The translations under genes were made by a program, and so were the position numbers. A DNA stretch of 64,000 nt from assembly GCA_903893805.1 (NCBI GenBank), contig CAITNM010000026.1, forward strand, positions 2,542-66,541, read 5' to 3'. Position 1 is the stretch's first letter; the number at the start of each line of letters is the position of its first letter. Source of the stretch: an uncultured Alphaproteobacteria bacterium (lineage in GTDB: Bacteria; Pseudomonadota; Alphaproteobacteria; Paracaedibacterales; CAITNM01). The notes beneath the pieces were generated by a model that was given only the letters and a program-made list of their open reading frames with translations, had not been told where the DNA came from and did no database searches. Shown here in pieces: positions 27,891 to 37,276 of this stretch.

Positions 27891-30137
27891 CTAAAAAATG
27901 TTACTAAACTGTAGTTGAAAATGACGTTGCTCGTCATACTTATGACGACGGTAAGGTATTGAATAAGACATACCAATAGGTCCAAAAGGTGATGTCCACA
28001 GTATACCTGCACCAACTGAAGCTCGCATTTTTTTGCTATCAATGGTATCGCTGTTTTTCTGGCCTGGTTGCCATAAACAACCTAACTCATTAAAGATGCT
28101 CGCACTAATTTTCCAGTCATCAGGTAATCCAGATGGGAACTTTATTTCGGTTACCTGACGCCACATTTTTGTACCATTCAAAGGGTCTTTAGTTTTTTTA
28201 TCACGAGGCCCTACACCTTGAAAATCAAAACCACGGAAATTTGTGTATCCCATGTTGAAGCTATCAACTACGCGAATGGTTTTACCCATTTTTTGCATTA
28301 TTCCTGTTTCACCCATCACCTTCAAAACAACATCTTCAGCAAATAAAGGATGATAGAATGTAGCATTCCAAACGTGTTGTAAGTACTTTATAGTACCGCC
28401 TAATCCTGCAAAACTAGTTGCATAGCTTAGGTCAAACCCCTTTGTGGGAATTGTTCTACTATCTAGTTTTCCAAAGTGAATTGTTTGACCAATTTCTGAA
28501 AGTAAGGCGTTATGACTTTGATTTCGAATGATTGAAGATGCTTTGTCATTAAATCCTGTTTCTTTCTCTGATCGTATTGTGTATTCCAAGTTCTGCCACC
28601 ACATCTCACTAAGGTTGTATCCCAAACCAAAATTGGTACCAATAGTGTTATGTTTGTGTGAACGAGAATATTTTGACTGATTAGCCGAAATAGTTGCTGA
28701 TCCTACGAGTTCTCGATCTAAGAACGCTGGCTCAATAATTCCAGCATCTATACCCATGCTTCTTTTAGAAATCATTGCATTTGAATGAAGTGTCTGGCCA
28801 GTACCTCTGAAATTCCGCTCACGAACTCCTAATGAGGTAAAGGGACCATCCAAAGTAGAATACCCAATACCAACGTTTAGTTCTCCAGTGCGCTGCTCTT
28901 CCAATTCCACGTTGAGTTTTGCTTTATCTATTGCCGAGCCTTCTTCTGGCTGAACATGCGTTTCTTTAAAATATTGCAGGTCTTTTAATGCTTGTTCTGC
29001 GTCTTTTATTTTTTTGCTATTGTATGCATCACCTTCTTGAATTTTAATTTCACGGCGAATTACATAGTCTCTGGTGCGATCATTGCCTTTTATTTCAATT
29101 GTCTCAATGTAGACTCGAGGGCCTTCTTTTATGTCAAAAACAATATCAGCAATGCCTGTTTCTGCATTTTTTTGAATGTCAGGCTCAATATTGATAAAGG
29201 CATATCCCATTGTTCCTAATGCCTCGGTGAGTGCTTTAATTGATTTATCAATAATGGCTCCGCTAAATTCTTCACCTTTTTCAATGACAATGCATTCTTT
29301 GAGTTTTTCAACATTCACTGATTTGATTTCAGAATTAATTTTTACGTCGCCAAACTGATATTTTTTACCTTCATCAATCGTAAAGGTTAAGAAATATGCC
29401 GTCTTATCAGGACTTAATTCGGCAATAGATGAAACCAACCGCATATCAGGATGACCGTGGTCATTGTAGAATTTCTTGATTTCCTGTTGATCGTTGAGGA
29501 AACGATCTGGATCATAAAGGTCATCGTTCACAAAGAAGCGATACCAATGCCAGACTTTGCTCTGTAAAACCTTTTCAAGTCGAGTTCCTTTGAAAGTCTT
29601 ATTTCCAATAAAGTTGATTTTACGAATAAATGTAGTTGGCCCTTCTTCAATTTCAAAAACTAAATCAACGCGATTCTCAGACAAGCGGATAATTTTGGGG
29701 TCTACTTTTGCACTAAAGCGACCAAGTCGACGGTATATTTCTAAAATTCGTTGTTGAGCAGCTTGAATTTTTGCATATGAAAGCACTTCACGAGGGCGCA
29801 GCTGAATTTCCTTCTTAAAATCAGCATCTTTAATCTTGTCATTACCTTCATAAGCAATTTTATTTATGATTGGGTTTTCTTCAACCTGAATAACAACCGT
29901 GGCCCCTTCTCGGTGGACCTTTACATCATGAAAATACCCAGTGTCAAACAGTGTCTTTAAACACTGATCGTTAGTATCAAGGTCCGCTGCATCACCAACT
30001 TTTACTGGTAAATAAGAGAGAATCGTTTGGTTTTCAATGCGGTTATTACCTTGAATATTGATTTGAGAAATTTTTTGTCCTTCACCATAAACCAGACCTA
30101 AGGATAGCAAGGAAACAAAAAGAAAATATTTTATCAT
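27891..30137 (-). CDS. bamA: Outer membrane protein assembly factor BamA
   Basis: POTRA repeats (IQGNNRIE, IKGNDRTRDYVIRRE), FRGF in loop 6, WTSPFGP, terminal Phe; ATGA overlap with rseP. Confidence 0.96.
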   Translation of the reverse strand: MIKYFLFVSLLSLGLVYGEGQKISQINIQGNNRIENQTILSYLPVKVGDAADLDTNDQCLKTLFDTGYFHDVKVHREGATVVIQVEENPIINKIAYEGNDKIKDADFKKEIQLRPREVLSYAKIQAAQQRILEIYRRLGRFSAKVDPKIIRLSENRVDLVFEIEEGPTTFIRKINFIGNKTFKGTRLEKVLQSKVWHWYRFFVNDDLYDPDRFLNDQQEIKKFYNDHGHPDMRLVSSIAELSPDKTAYFLTFTIDEGKKYQFGDVKINSEIKSVNVEKLKECIVIEKGEEFSGAIIDKSIKALTEALGTMGYAFINIEPDIQKNAETGIADIVFDIKEGPRVYIETIEIKGNDRTRDYVIRREIKIQEGDAYNSKKIKDAEQALKDLQYFKETHVQPEEGSAIDKAKLNVELEEQRTGELNVGIGYSTLDGPFTSLGVRERNFRGTGQTLHSNAMISKRSMGIDAGIIEPAFLDRELVGSATISANQSKYSRSHKHNTIGTNFGLGYNLSEMWWQNLEYTIRSEKETGFNDKASSIIRNQSHNALLSEIGQTIHFGKLDSRTIPTKGFDLSYATSFAGLGGTIKYLQHVWNATFYHPLFAEDVVLKVMGETGIMQKMGKTIRVVDSFNMGYTNFRGFDFQGVGPRDKKTKDPLNGTKMWRQVTEIKFPSGLPDDWKISASIFNELGCLWQPGQKNSDTIDSKKMRASVGAGILWTSPFGPIGMSYSIPYRRHKYDEQRHFQLQFSNIF

Positions 30138-31276
30138 AGGGGTAGCCATCCTCTGATTATTTGGAATATTGAGCAGATTTTTTGGATCACATTGAAGCGT
30201 ATTATATCGTTCCAGGTAGAATAGAGCATTAAACTGATCACGATTACAAAACCAGATCCAAAAACATATTTTTGAACTTTTTCAGAAATAGGTTTACCAA
30301 TCACCCATTCAATAGCGCTCATTAACATTTGTCCGCCATCTAGAACTGGAATTGGAAATAGGTTAATTAATCCAAGATTTATGGACATAATAATCATAAA
30401 CCATAACATACCAGCGATACCTGATTCTGCACTTTGTTTCGCCATGTCGCCGATGGAAAGAATTCCACCTAGTTCATCACCTTTGCGCTGCCCTGTTACT
30501 AATTCAGCTAATCCAACTACAATTGTTTTGCACATTTTCCAAAAAGTTGAAAAAGCAGTTTGTATTGCAGTGCTAATTGGTAGTTTTTCATATTCTTGAG
30601 ATGCGTGTGGTTTAATTCCCAGAACTTTTACTTTTTGAGTCTCACCTTTGATGGTAAGTGGGATGTCTAAATGAACCTGTTTATTGTTACGTTCCACTTT
30701 GATTGAAAGTGCATCATGTTTTCCACTGCGAATAAAAGGCAGTAAGTCTTCAAAATAACGTATCTGTTCGTTGTTTATTTCAATTATACGGTCATTCTCT
30801 TGTAATCCGTGTTTCGCACCTACTCCTGCTGGATCAACAAATCCAATAACTGGTGGGGTAATAGGTTTGCCAAAAACTGCAAATAAGGCAATCATTGCAA
30901 CAATTGCGAAAACAAAGTTTGCTAGTGGTCCGCCCGCTGCGACTTGAATGCGTTGCCATGGGGTTTTTGCATGTAGTGTTTGCTGTCTTTCTTCTTCAGT
31001 AAGTTTTGTAATAATTGCATCATCAGCTGTAGCGCTGCTTGCATCAGCATCTCCAAGCATTTTTACATAACCGCCTAATGGCACCAAATGAAATGCCCAC
31101 CGAGTGCCTTGACGATCTGAAAAGCCAAACAATTCAGGGCCGAATCCAATAGCAAAGTGTTCAACTTTTACCTTGTTTCGTCGCGCAACCCAAAAATGGC
31201 CCCACTCATGAACAAAGACAATAACTGAAATTAATATGATGAAAGGTATAAAATACTCTAAAATCCAAGTGAACAA
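30134..31276 (-). CDS. rseP: RIP metalloprotease RseP
   Basis: FVHEWGHF, AAGGPLANF, PDZ domain, NLFPIPVLDGG. Confidence 0.96.
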   Translation of the reverse strand: MFTWILEYFIPFIILISVIVFVHEWGHFWVARRNKVKVEHFAIGFGPELFGFSDRQGTRWAFHLVPLGGYVKMLGDADASSATADDAIITKLTEEERQQTLHAKTPWQRIQVAAGGPLANFVFAIVAMIALFAVFGKPITPPVIGFVDPAGVGAKHGLQENDRIIEINNEQIRYFEDLLPFIRSGKHDALSIKVERNNKQVHLDIPLTIKGETQKVKVLGIKPHASQEYEKLPISTAIQTAFSTFWKMCKTIVVGLAELVTGQRKGDELGGILSIGDMAKQSAESGIAGMLWFMIIMSINLGLINLFPIPVLDGGQMLMSAIEWVIGKPISEKVQKYVFGSGFVIVISLMLYSTWNDIIRFNVIQKICSIFQIIRGWLPL

Positions 31277-31437
31277 GAAAGGCTCCTGCCAAAATACAAC
31301 TAGTGATGTTTATTGATACGGTATCTGGCGTTGAAACGAAAGAGGGTTTTTCAAATAATCTTTAAAAGCTTATATATTTTCTTGGTTAGTGTTGCTAAAT
31401 ATCCTTGATTTTTTTGTAATAGTTTCATTTCGTAAGA

Positions 31438-31468
31438 AGGGCTCTGCAGCAATATGCTGTAGAGCCCT
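31438..31468 (-). terminator. Hairpin downstream of the DEAD-box helicase gene
   Basis: agggctctgcagc-aatat-gctgtagagccct. Confidence 0.6.
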
Positions 31469-31493
31469 GTGTCAGTAATAAAAAATGTTAGAT

Positions 31494-33332
31494 TTAGCTA
31501 AAAGTACGCTTATTTGGTGTTCCGCTTTTTGGTCCACGTGAGTCAGGTTTTGAAAAGTTGCTTCTTCCTTCTCCGCTAGCGCCACCGCTTCTTGCTCCGC
31601 CTCTAGAAGCACCGCCACCGGCACCACCGAAACCACCGCTTCTTGCTCCGCCGAAGCCACCACCTCTGGAAGCGCCTCCACCGAAGCCGCCTCTTGAATT
31701 GCCTCTTGATTCGCCGCTGCCAGCTTCACCAGCTGGTGCGTCACCAAAGCTACTGCTTCGTGAGCCGCCTCTGCTTGCGCCGCCGAAGCCGCCGCCTCTA
31801 GAAGCACCGCCACCGGCACCACCGAAACCACCGCTTCTTGCTCCGCCGAAGCCACCACCTCTGGAAGCGCCTCCACCGAAGCCGCCGCCTCTTGAATTGC
31901 CTCTTGATTCGCCGCTGCCAGCTTCACCAGCTGGTGCGTCACCAAAGCTACTGCTTCGTGAGCCGCCTCTGCTTGCGCCGCCGAAGCCGCTGCCTCTAGA
32001 AGCACCGCCACCGGCACCACCGAAACCACCGCTTCGTGAACCGCCTTTGCTTGCGCCATCGGAACTTCCGAAACCACCACTTCTTGCTCCGCCTCTGGAT
32101 TCACCAGAACTTTTACCGGCGAATGGTTTCCTTCTGTCATTATTTGCGAAAGGGTGTTGCCCTCCAAAATCACCAGACCCAGATCGTGATGATCGACCAA
32201 AGCCGCTTCCTGAACCTGAACCAGAATTACGGTTTGATCCCTCATGAGCTTTAGGATTCATGTATCGCTCAATAGCATTCCACTTTTTTGCATCTTGTGA
32301 TGTAACAAAGCATAAAGCAAACCCTTCAGCGCCTGCCCGGCCTGTTCTACCTATACGGTGAATATAATCTTCAGGGCATGGAGGCACATCATAATTGATA
32401 ACGTGCATCAAGTGAGGAATATCTAACCCACGAGCAGCAATATCGGTAGCAACCATAACCCGGCACTTACCTAGACGAAATGAACGAATTACTTTCTCAC
32501 GTTGATGCTGACGCAAGTCACCATGAATAGCTGATGCTGAATGATCTTCTTTACGAAGCGCTTCAGCCAAACGGTCAGCATTCATTTTTGTTTTTACAAA
32601 CACAAGAATTGTACCATCGCGTTGCTCAAGCTCTTGCAAAAGGCGCTTGTACTTATCTTTTTCACTAATATTAACAATTTCTTGTTTGATCTTAGGAATT
32701 GGCAAAGTTGCTGAGCCTACTGCTACACGCTTTGGTTGGTTCAGGTATTTTCCTGCCAACTTTTCAATAGCTGGTGGAATTGTCGCTGAAAACATCATTG
32801 TTTGACGCTTAGTCGGTAACTTGGAGATAATATGATCTAACTGAATGCCAAATCCCATATCAAACATACGGTCAGTTTCATCAAGCACTAAACATTCTAG
32901 GTTATCAACACGTAAAGTGCCGCGCTCTAAGTGATCAATTATACGGCCTGGTGTTCCTATAACAACCCTTGGGCGAGATTTTAACTGCATAAGCTGCTTA
33001 GGGTAAGGTTCACCACCAATAATAAGAGCTGTGTTGAAATCTCTTGAATCACCCACTAGACTTTTTAAAGCATTCATGACCTGCTGAGCAATTTCACGAA
33101 TAGGCGCTAATACAAGTGCTGTAGCATTTGGATTATTAAGTAAGTGATTTACCAATGGCAACGTAAATGCCATTGTTTTTCCGGTACCTGTTTGGGCTGA
33201 TCCTAAAATATCATTGCCTTCAAGCGCTAAGGGTATTGTTTGTGCTTGAATTTCTGTAGGCTTTACTAAGCCCATGCGTGTAAGTGACTGTGTAATTGAA
33301 TCTGGCAATCCCAGTTCATTAAATGTATTCAT
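31494..33332 (-). CDS. DEAD-box RNA helicase (DETD variant) with a long Gly/Arg/Ser-rich tail
   Basis: Q motif, AQTGTGKT, PIRE (PTRE variant), TPGR, LDETDRM, SAT, VATDIAARGLD, HRIGRTGRAG. Confidence 0.95.
   Translation of the reverse strand: MNTFNELGLPDSITQSLTRMGLVKPTEIQAQTIPLALEGNDILGSAQTGTGKTMAFTLPLVNHLLNNPNATALVLAPIREIAQQVMNALKSLVGDSRDFNTALIIGGEPYPKQLMQLKSRPRVVIGTPGRIIDHLERGTLRVDNLECLVLDETDRMFDMGFGIQLDHIISKLPTKRQTMMFSATIPPAIEKLAGKYLNQPKRVAVGSATLPIPKIKQEIVNISEKDKYKRLLQELEQRDGTILVFVKTKMNADRLAEALRKEDHSASAIHGDLRQHQREKVIRSFRLGKCRVMVATDIAARGLDIPHLMHVINYDVPPCPEDYIHRIGRTGRAGAEGFALCFVTSQDAKKWNAIERYMNPKAHEGSNRNSGSGSGSGFGRSSRSGSGDFGGQHPFANNDRRKPFAGKSSGESRGGARSGGFGSSDGASKGGSRSGGFGGAGGGASRGSGFGGASRGGSRSSSFGDAPAGEAGSGESRGNSRGGGFGGGASRGGGFGGARSGGFGGAGGGASRGGGFGGASRGGSRSSSFGDAPAGEAGSGESRGNSRGGFGGGASRGGGFGGARSGGFGGAGGGASRGGARSGGASGEGRSNFSKPDSRGPKSGTPNKRTFS
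31599..32033. repeat. Near-perfect tandem repeat, 195/198-bp unit, about 2.2 copies
   Basis: gcctctagaagcaccgccaccggcaccaccgaaaccaccgctt starts at 31599, 31794 and 31992. Confidence 0.9.
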
Positions 33333-33595
33333 TTAAAAACTCCATAAAAAACGTTTATCTATAATCCACAATAAATGGACAGAAATTTATCCACAGGCAA
33401 GCTCTTAAGCTGCAATATGGTGAACAGATAACGCTTTAAAAAGTTTTTGGAATTCGCCAAATAACCCTACCACACATCGGTAGGCGCGGAATCGGAACCT
33501 AAAATTTCAACTGCAATCTAGCCTATATTAAAAGATAATGCAATAAAAAAGAATATTAAGATTTAACATGTTAATTATATATCAAAATATAAAAA

Positions 33596-34078
33596 TCACC
33601 CCTTCTTAATTGGAGTTACTTTAAGATCGCTTTTATCAAGATCAACTTGAATTTCATAATCAGCACTTACATTTGTGCGATGGTCTCCAGGGCTTGTGTA
33701 TCTAGCAAACATCAGTGCAACAACACCTGCACTGTGAGATGGAGCAATATCTAGACTGACCGATGAATCAGGAACGACATCGATACTAAATACATCTAAA
33801 TCATCACCAGCATCTGCTTTAAGTTTTTTTGCCTTTTGAAAATAGGCATTTGCATCTAATTTCCCAATTTCTGTAGCAAGATTTTCTGTGTAAGCAACAA
33901 CAACATGGATTTTTATTGGTGACGAATCATTTGCATTCGCAGTAGCTTTGAAATTAATTTTTTCAATCCATACTTTTGATTGCTTTATACCGACTGCAGA
34001 TTTAACAGATTCACAACCGGTCAAAAAAAGACTAGTAACGGCAGAAAACAAAATAAATTTAAAATTTTTGGATAACAT
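33596..34078 (-). CDS. TssJ/VasD-like T6SS lipoprotein
   Basis: Lipobox LFLTGC; ANANDSSPIKIHVVV; DVVPD; MFARYTSPGDHR. Confidence 0.65.
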   Translation of the reverse strand: MLSKNFKFILFSAVTSLFLTGCESVKSAVGIKQSKVWIEKINFKATANANDSSPIKIHVVVAYTENLATEIGKLDANAYFQKAKKLKADAGDDLDVFSIDVVPDSSVSLDIAPSHSAGVVALMFARYTSPGDHRTNVSADYEIQVDLDKSDLKVTPIKKG

Positions 34079-34132
34079 TTTTACCCTTCGTTATTTGTTA
34101 ACTTTTATAGGTTACAACTTAACTATTAAACC

Positions 34133-34585
34133 ATGGCTTCCATAGAATTAAAAAGGGTTTACATGGAAAAAAATGAAATTTGTGTTCTGCGTATGCCAGC
34201 TGTTGCTGAGATCTATGATTTCGCTTATGAAAGTTTACAGCGATTGCCGAAATCATTTCGCACTCACCTTAAAAACTTTGTTATTGAGGTTAAAAATTTT
34301 GCAGAGAGCAATGTTTTGGAAGAACTATCAATGACCGATCGATATGACTTATTAGGCCTGTACCAAGGTGTACCTCTGCCACTGAAGAAAAAAACACGCT
34401 ATAAAAAGCCCGATATTATTTATTTGTACCGCTGTCCTTTAATACGTCATGCGGTTGAAAATTAAGAAGACGTAAAAGCACTAATACATCACGTATTAAT
34501 CAATGAAATAGGACATCACTTTGGATGTACAGCGCACGAAATGGCTTTGATGCATCAGCATTCAAAGTTTACAAAGCTAGAGTAG
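34133..34585 (+). pseudogene. Minimal zincin (DUF1025-like) gene with a premature TAA
   Basis: LLGLYQGVPL...PDIIYLYRCPL; in-frame TAA at 34463-65; continues EDVKALIHHVLINEIGHHFG to TAG at 34583-85. Confidence 0.8.
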
Positions 34586-34607
34586 GGCACTCAAGAAATC
34601 TCTTTAG

Positions 34608-35834
34608 CTAATGAACAAGTTTTGTTTGCTTCAACTCTAGGGCTTCAATTCCAGGCAATGTCTTTCCCTCAAGCCATTCTAAAAAAGCACCGCCAGCTGT
34701 TGATACATACGTAAAATCAACACCGATTTGACCAACAACAGCGATTGTATCACCGCCTCCAGCAATACTAGTGATTTTTCCCATTTGTGTCTGTTGCGCA
34801 ATAGCCTTGGCTATAATGACAGAGCTTTGAGCAAAAGGTGGAACTTCATAAACTCCGACGGGACCATTCCATAAGACTGTTTTGCATAACCTTAAAATAT
34901 TTTGTAGTCGCTCTAATGTTTTGGGGCCAATATCATACATGGCCTGGTCAGCACCTATCATATCAATATCTACAATTTGTGTGGATATATTGGGCGCTAG
35001 TTTTCTGGCTACTACAGCATCAATTGGCAGTAAAAGCTCACATTTGCTGATTTTTGCTTTTTGTAAAACTGCTTCAGCAATACCTAAACGATCATTCTCA
35101 ACAAGAGACCCCCCCATTTTGTATCCTTGAGCGCATAGAAGTGTATTGGCCATTCCTCCTCCTACAAACAAATAATCAAGCTTATTTAGAAGGTTAAGTA
35201 GCAAATCAATTTTTGTTGAAACTTTACTGCCAGCAACAATACCAATAACTGGTCGTTCTGGACTTACCAAAGCATTTTCTAGAATACTTAATTCTTTATC
35301 GAGGCAAAGTCCAGCGTAGGATGGTAGATAATTTGTTATACCAACTATGGATGAGTGAATACGATGACAGCACGAAAAAGCATCATTCACAAAGACATCG
35401 CCAAGCTGGCTTAGCTGCTGAGAAAATTCACTTGAGCTTGTCTCTTCCCCGCTGTAAAAACGGATATTTTCTGTCATTATAACCGAGTTGTTTGGTATTG
35501 TGCTGAGCTCCTGACAAAGTTCAGGTCCAATTTGTTTGTTTGAAAAAATAACGGGAAGCCCAAGCAAATTTTGCAAAGTATTCGCTATTGGCGCAAGACT
35601 TTCATTTTTATTCCACTGAGCATAAGGCTTAGGTTTTGGTCGCCCTAAATGGGAAAGAATAACAATATATTTTGGATTAGTAGCAAGAATCAGTTTTAAA
35701 GTCGGAATGATTCGTTCAATACGTGTAACATCTTGGGCTTCGCCGTCTTTCAACGGTACGTTTAGATCTAGTCTAATAACAACTTTTTTTCCTAAGAAAT
35801 TTACATTTTCAATTGATATACGCGCCACTAACAC
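34608..35834 (-). CDS. pgk: Phosphoglycerate kinase
   Basis: RLDLNVP, SHLGRP, VNDAFS, GSKVSTK, STAGGAFLEWLEGK. Confidence 0.97.
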   Translation of the reverse strand: MLVARISIENVNFLGKKVVIRLDLNVPLKDGEAQDVTRIERIIPTLKLILATNPKYIVILSHLGRPKPKPYAQWNKNESLAPIANTLQNLLGLPVIFSNKQIGPELCQELSTIPNNSVIMTENIRFYSGEETSSSEFSQQLSQLGDVFVNDAFSCCHRIHSSIVGITNYLPSYAGLCLDKELSILENALVSPERPVIGIVAGSKVSTKIDLLLNLLNKLDYLFVGGGMANTLLCAQGYKMGGSLVENDRLGIAEAVLQKAKISKCELLLPIDAVVARKLAPNISTQIVDIDMIGADQAMYDIGPKTLERLQNILRLCKTVLWNGPVGVYEVPPFAQSSVIIAKAIAQQTQMGKITSIAGGGDTIAVVGQIGVDFTYVSTAGGAFLEWLEGKTLPGIEALELKQTKLVH

Positions 35835-35959
35835 TTCCCAATAAAGTACTAATACATAGTATTGAATAAAAAAACAGCTTTGACCAGAGGGAAATCAGGA
35901 AGCAATCCGTGAAAACATCAAGCTTGTTCGATTAAAGAGAATTATTCCTTTCAGTGCTA

Positions 35960-37093
35960 TCATCTATTGCAGCGATCCATCATTTTAGCAAATGCTCCAT
36001 TACCCAAAACGTTAGCGCAGGTAATTACCGGGTCGAATAGTACATAAAGAGCCGTAATAAGTGACATCATCTCTGCATTGAAACTCAAATAGGCTTCGAG
36101 TATAGGTAGCATAACCAAGATACCCCCACCAGGGATGGCCGCTACAGAAAATTTTGCTATTACAAAATAAAGTGAAAAAGTAAGGTAATTTAGTAGAGAA
36201 GGTTCAGCCATGCCAAAACTTTTTAATACTGCATATGCAAGAATAGGGATGGCAAAGCAATCACCAAGAAGGTGAATATTTACCGTGGCCGGTATAACGG
36301 AACGTGCTAAATCTTTATTTTTAGCATTATTTTCGGCTCCTATGATGGTAAGTGGCATGCTTGCAGCACTAGACATTGTGCTAAAGCCACTAATAGCAGC
36401 TGGGAGCATATTCTTTATGCTATTCACAAAAGCTTTTATTTCACAGTTATTAAGTAAAAAATAAGCCAGCATGATGTAACTAAATTGGGCAAATGCGATA
36501 AGCGCAAAGATTGCCGAGTAGTCTTTTATAATAGTCCCTACAACGCCATCAAATTGAAGCTTTACTACAAAACCTATAACAAAAAAAGGAATCAAATAAA
36601 CAAAACCTTTAAGGACACAGCCAATCCATTGATCTACTTTTGTTGCAATTTTACGAGCGGGTACCGGACAAATTTTTGAAGCGACAATTCCTAATATAAT
36701 GCCAGCAAACATAGCTTTATCGTTTGCAATTAGTTTTGGCAAAATCAAAGACCATAGTGGGTCTAATCCGGAAGTTTCTTTTGGCGATATCATCGATAAA
36801 TCAAAATGATAGATCCAAATTCCTACATAATGACTGAGGAATGTAGAAATAAAATTAGAGCAGCATGCCAACATTAAAATCATCCCGATGATTTTTGTAG
36901 CTCCACTAGAAAGCGTTACAGCTGCTTTGAACAATAGACCAAAAATAATTAAAGGAAGCAGCAGCACAATTGCTGCTTTAATACTTAAACTAATTGCATA
37001 CAAGCCTTGCTTGAGCGGCAGTGATATAAAAGGGTCTAAAAATATAACGGCAGTTATTATAGCCATTAAAATAAACGGCATTTTACGAAACAT
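35960..37093 (-). CDS. Dicarboxylate/amino acid:cation symporter (DAACS)
   Basis: GFSTMSSAASMP, PATVNIHLLG, AAIPGGG, DPVITCANVLGN; SD aaggag before ATG 37093. Confidence 0.88.
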   Translation of the reverse strand: MFRKMPFILMAIITAVIFLDPFISLPLKQGLYAISLSIKAAIVLLLPLIIFGLLFKAAVTLSSGATKIIGMILMLACCSNFISTFLSHYVGIWIYHFDLSMISPKETSGLDPLWSLILPKLIANDKAMFAGIILGIVASKICPVPARKIATKVDQWIGCVLKGFVYLIPFFVIGFVVKLQFDGVVGTIIKDYSAIFALIAFAQFSYIMLAYFLLNNCEIKAFVNSIKNMLPAAISGFSTMSSAASMPLTIIGAENNAKNKDLARSVIPATVNIHLLGDCFAIPILAYAVLKSFGMAEPSLLNYLTFSLYFVIAKFSVAAIPGGGILVMLPILEAYLSFNAEMMSLITALYVLFDPVITCANVLGNGAFAKMMDRCNR

Positions 37094-37159
37094 ATGGCTC
37101 TCCTTGAGAATCATTAAACCTAAAAAATATACAAATAAAAATTAAAAGATGATGAATGA

Positions 37160-37222
37160 TTACCGGCCCCAACCGGTGGTTGTCGTCGCGAGGAAGGAGA
37201 TGGCGTAACTAAGATTTAGCAC
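37160..37222 (-). promoter_or_regulatory. Possible Thr-rich attenuator leader peptide (MLNLSYAISFLATTTTGWGR)
   Basis: GTG-start 20-codon ORF with four consecutive Thr codons overlapping a GC-rich hairpin, upstream of the symporter. Confidence 0.35.
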
Positions 37223-37276
37223 GATGAGAAAAGCAGACCATAAAATATCGACACCTTGAGTATACGTTGAATTTAA

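Noticed and set aside
13270-30599. Many 60-140 aa ORFs overlapping secE, rplK, rplL, rpoBC and bamA
   Set aside because: Alternative-frame or antisense shadows of well-supported genes.
31472-32254. Pro-rich 229-aa and Ala/Val-rich 257-aa ORFs
   Set aside because: Alternative-frame or antisense readings of the helicase Gly-rich repeat.
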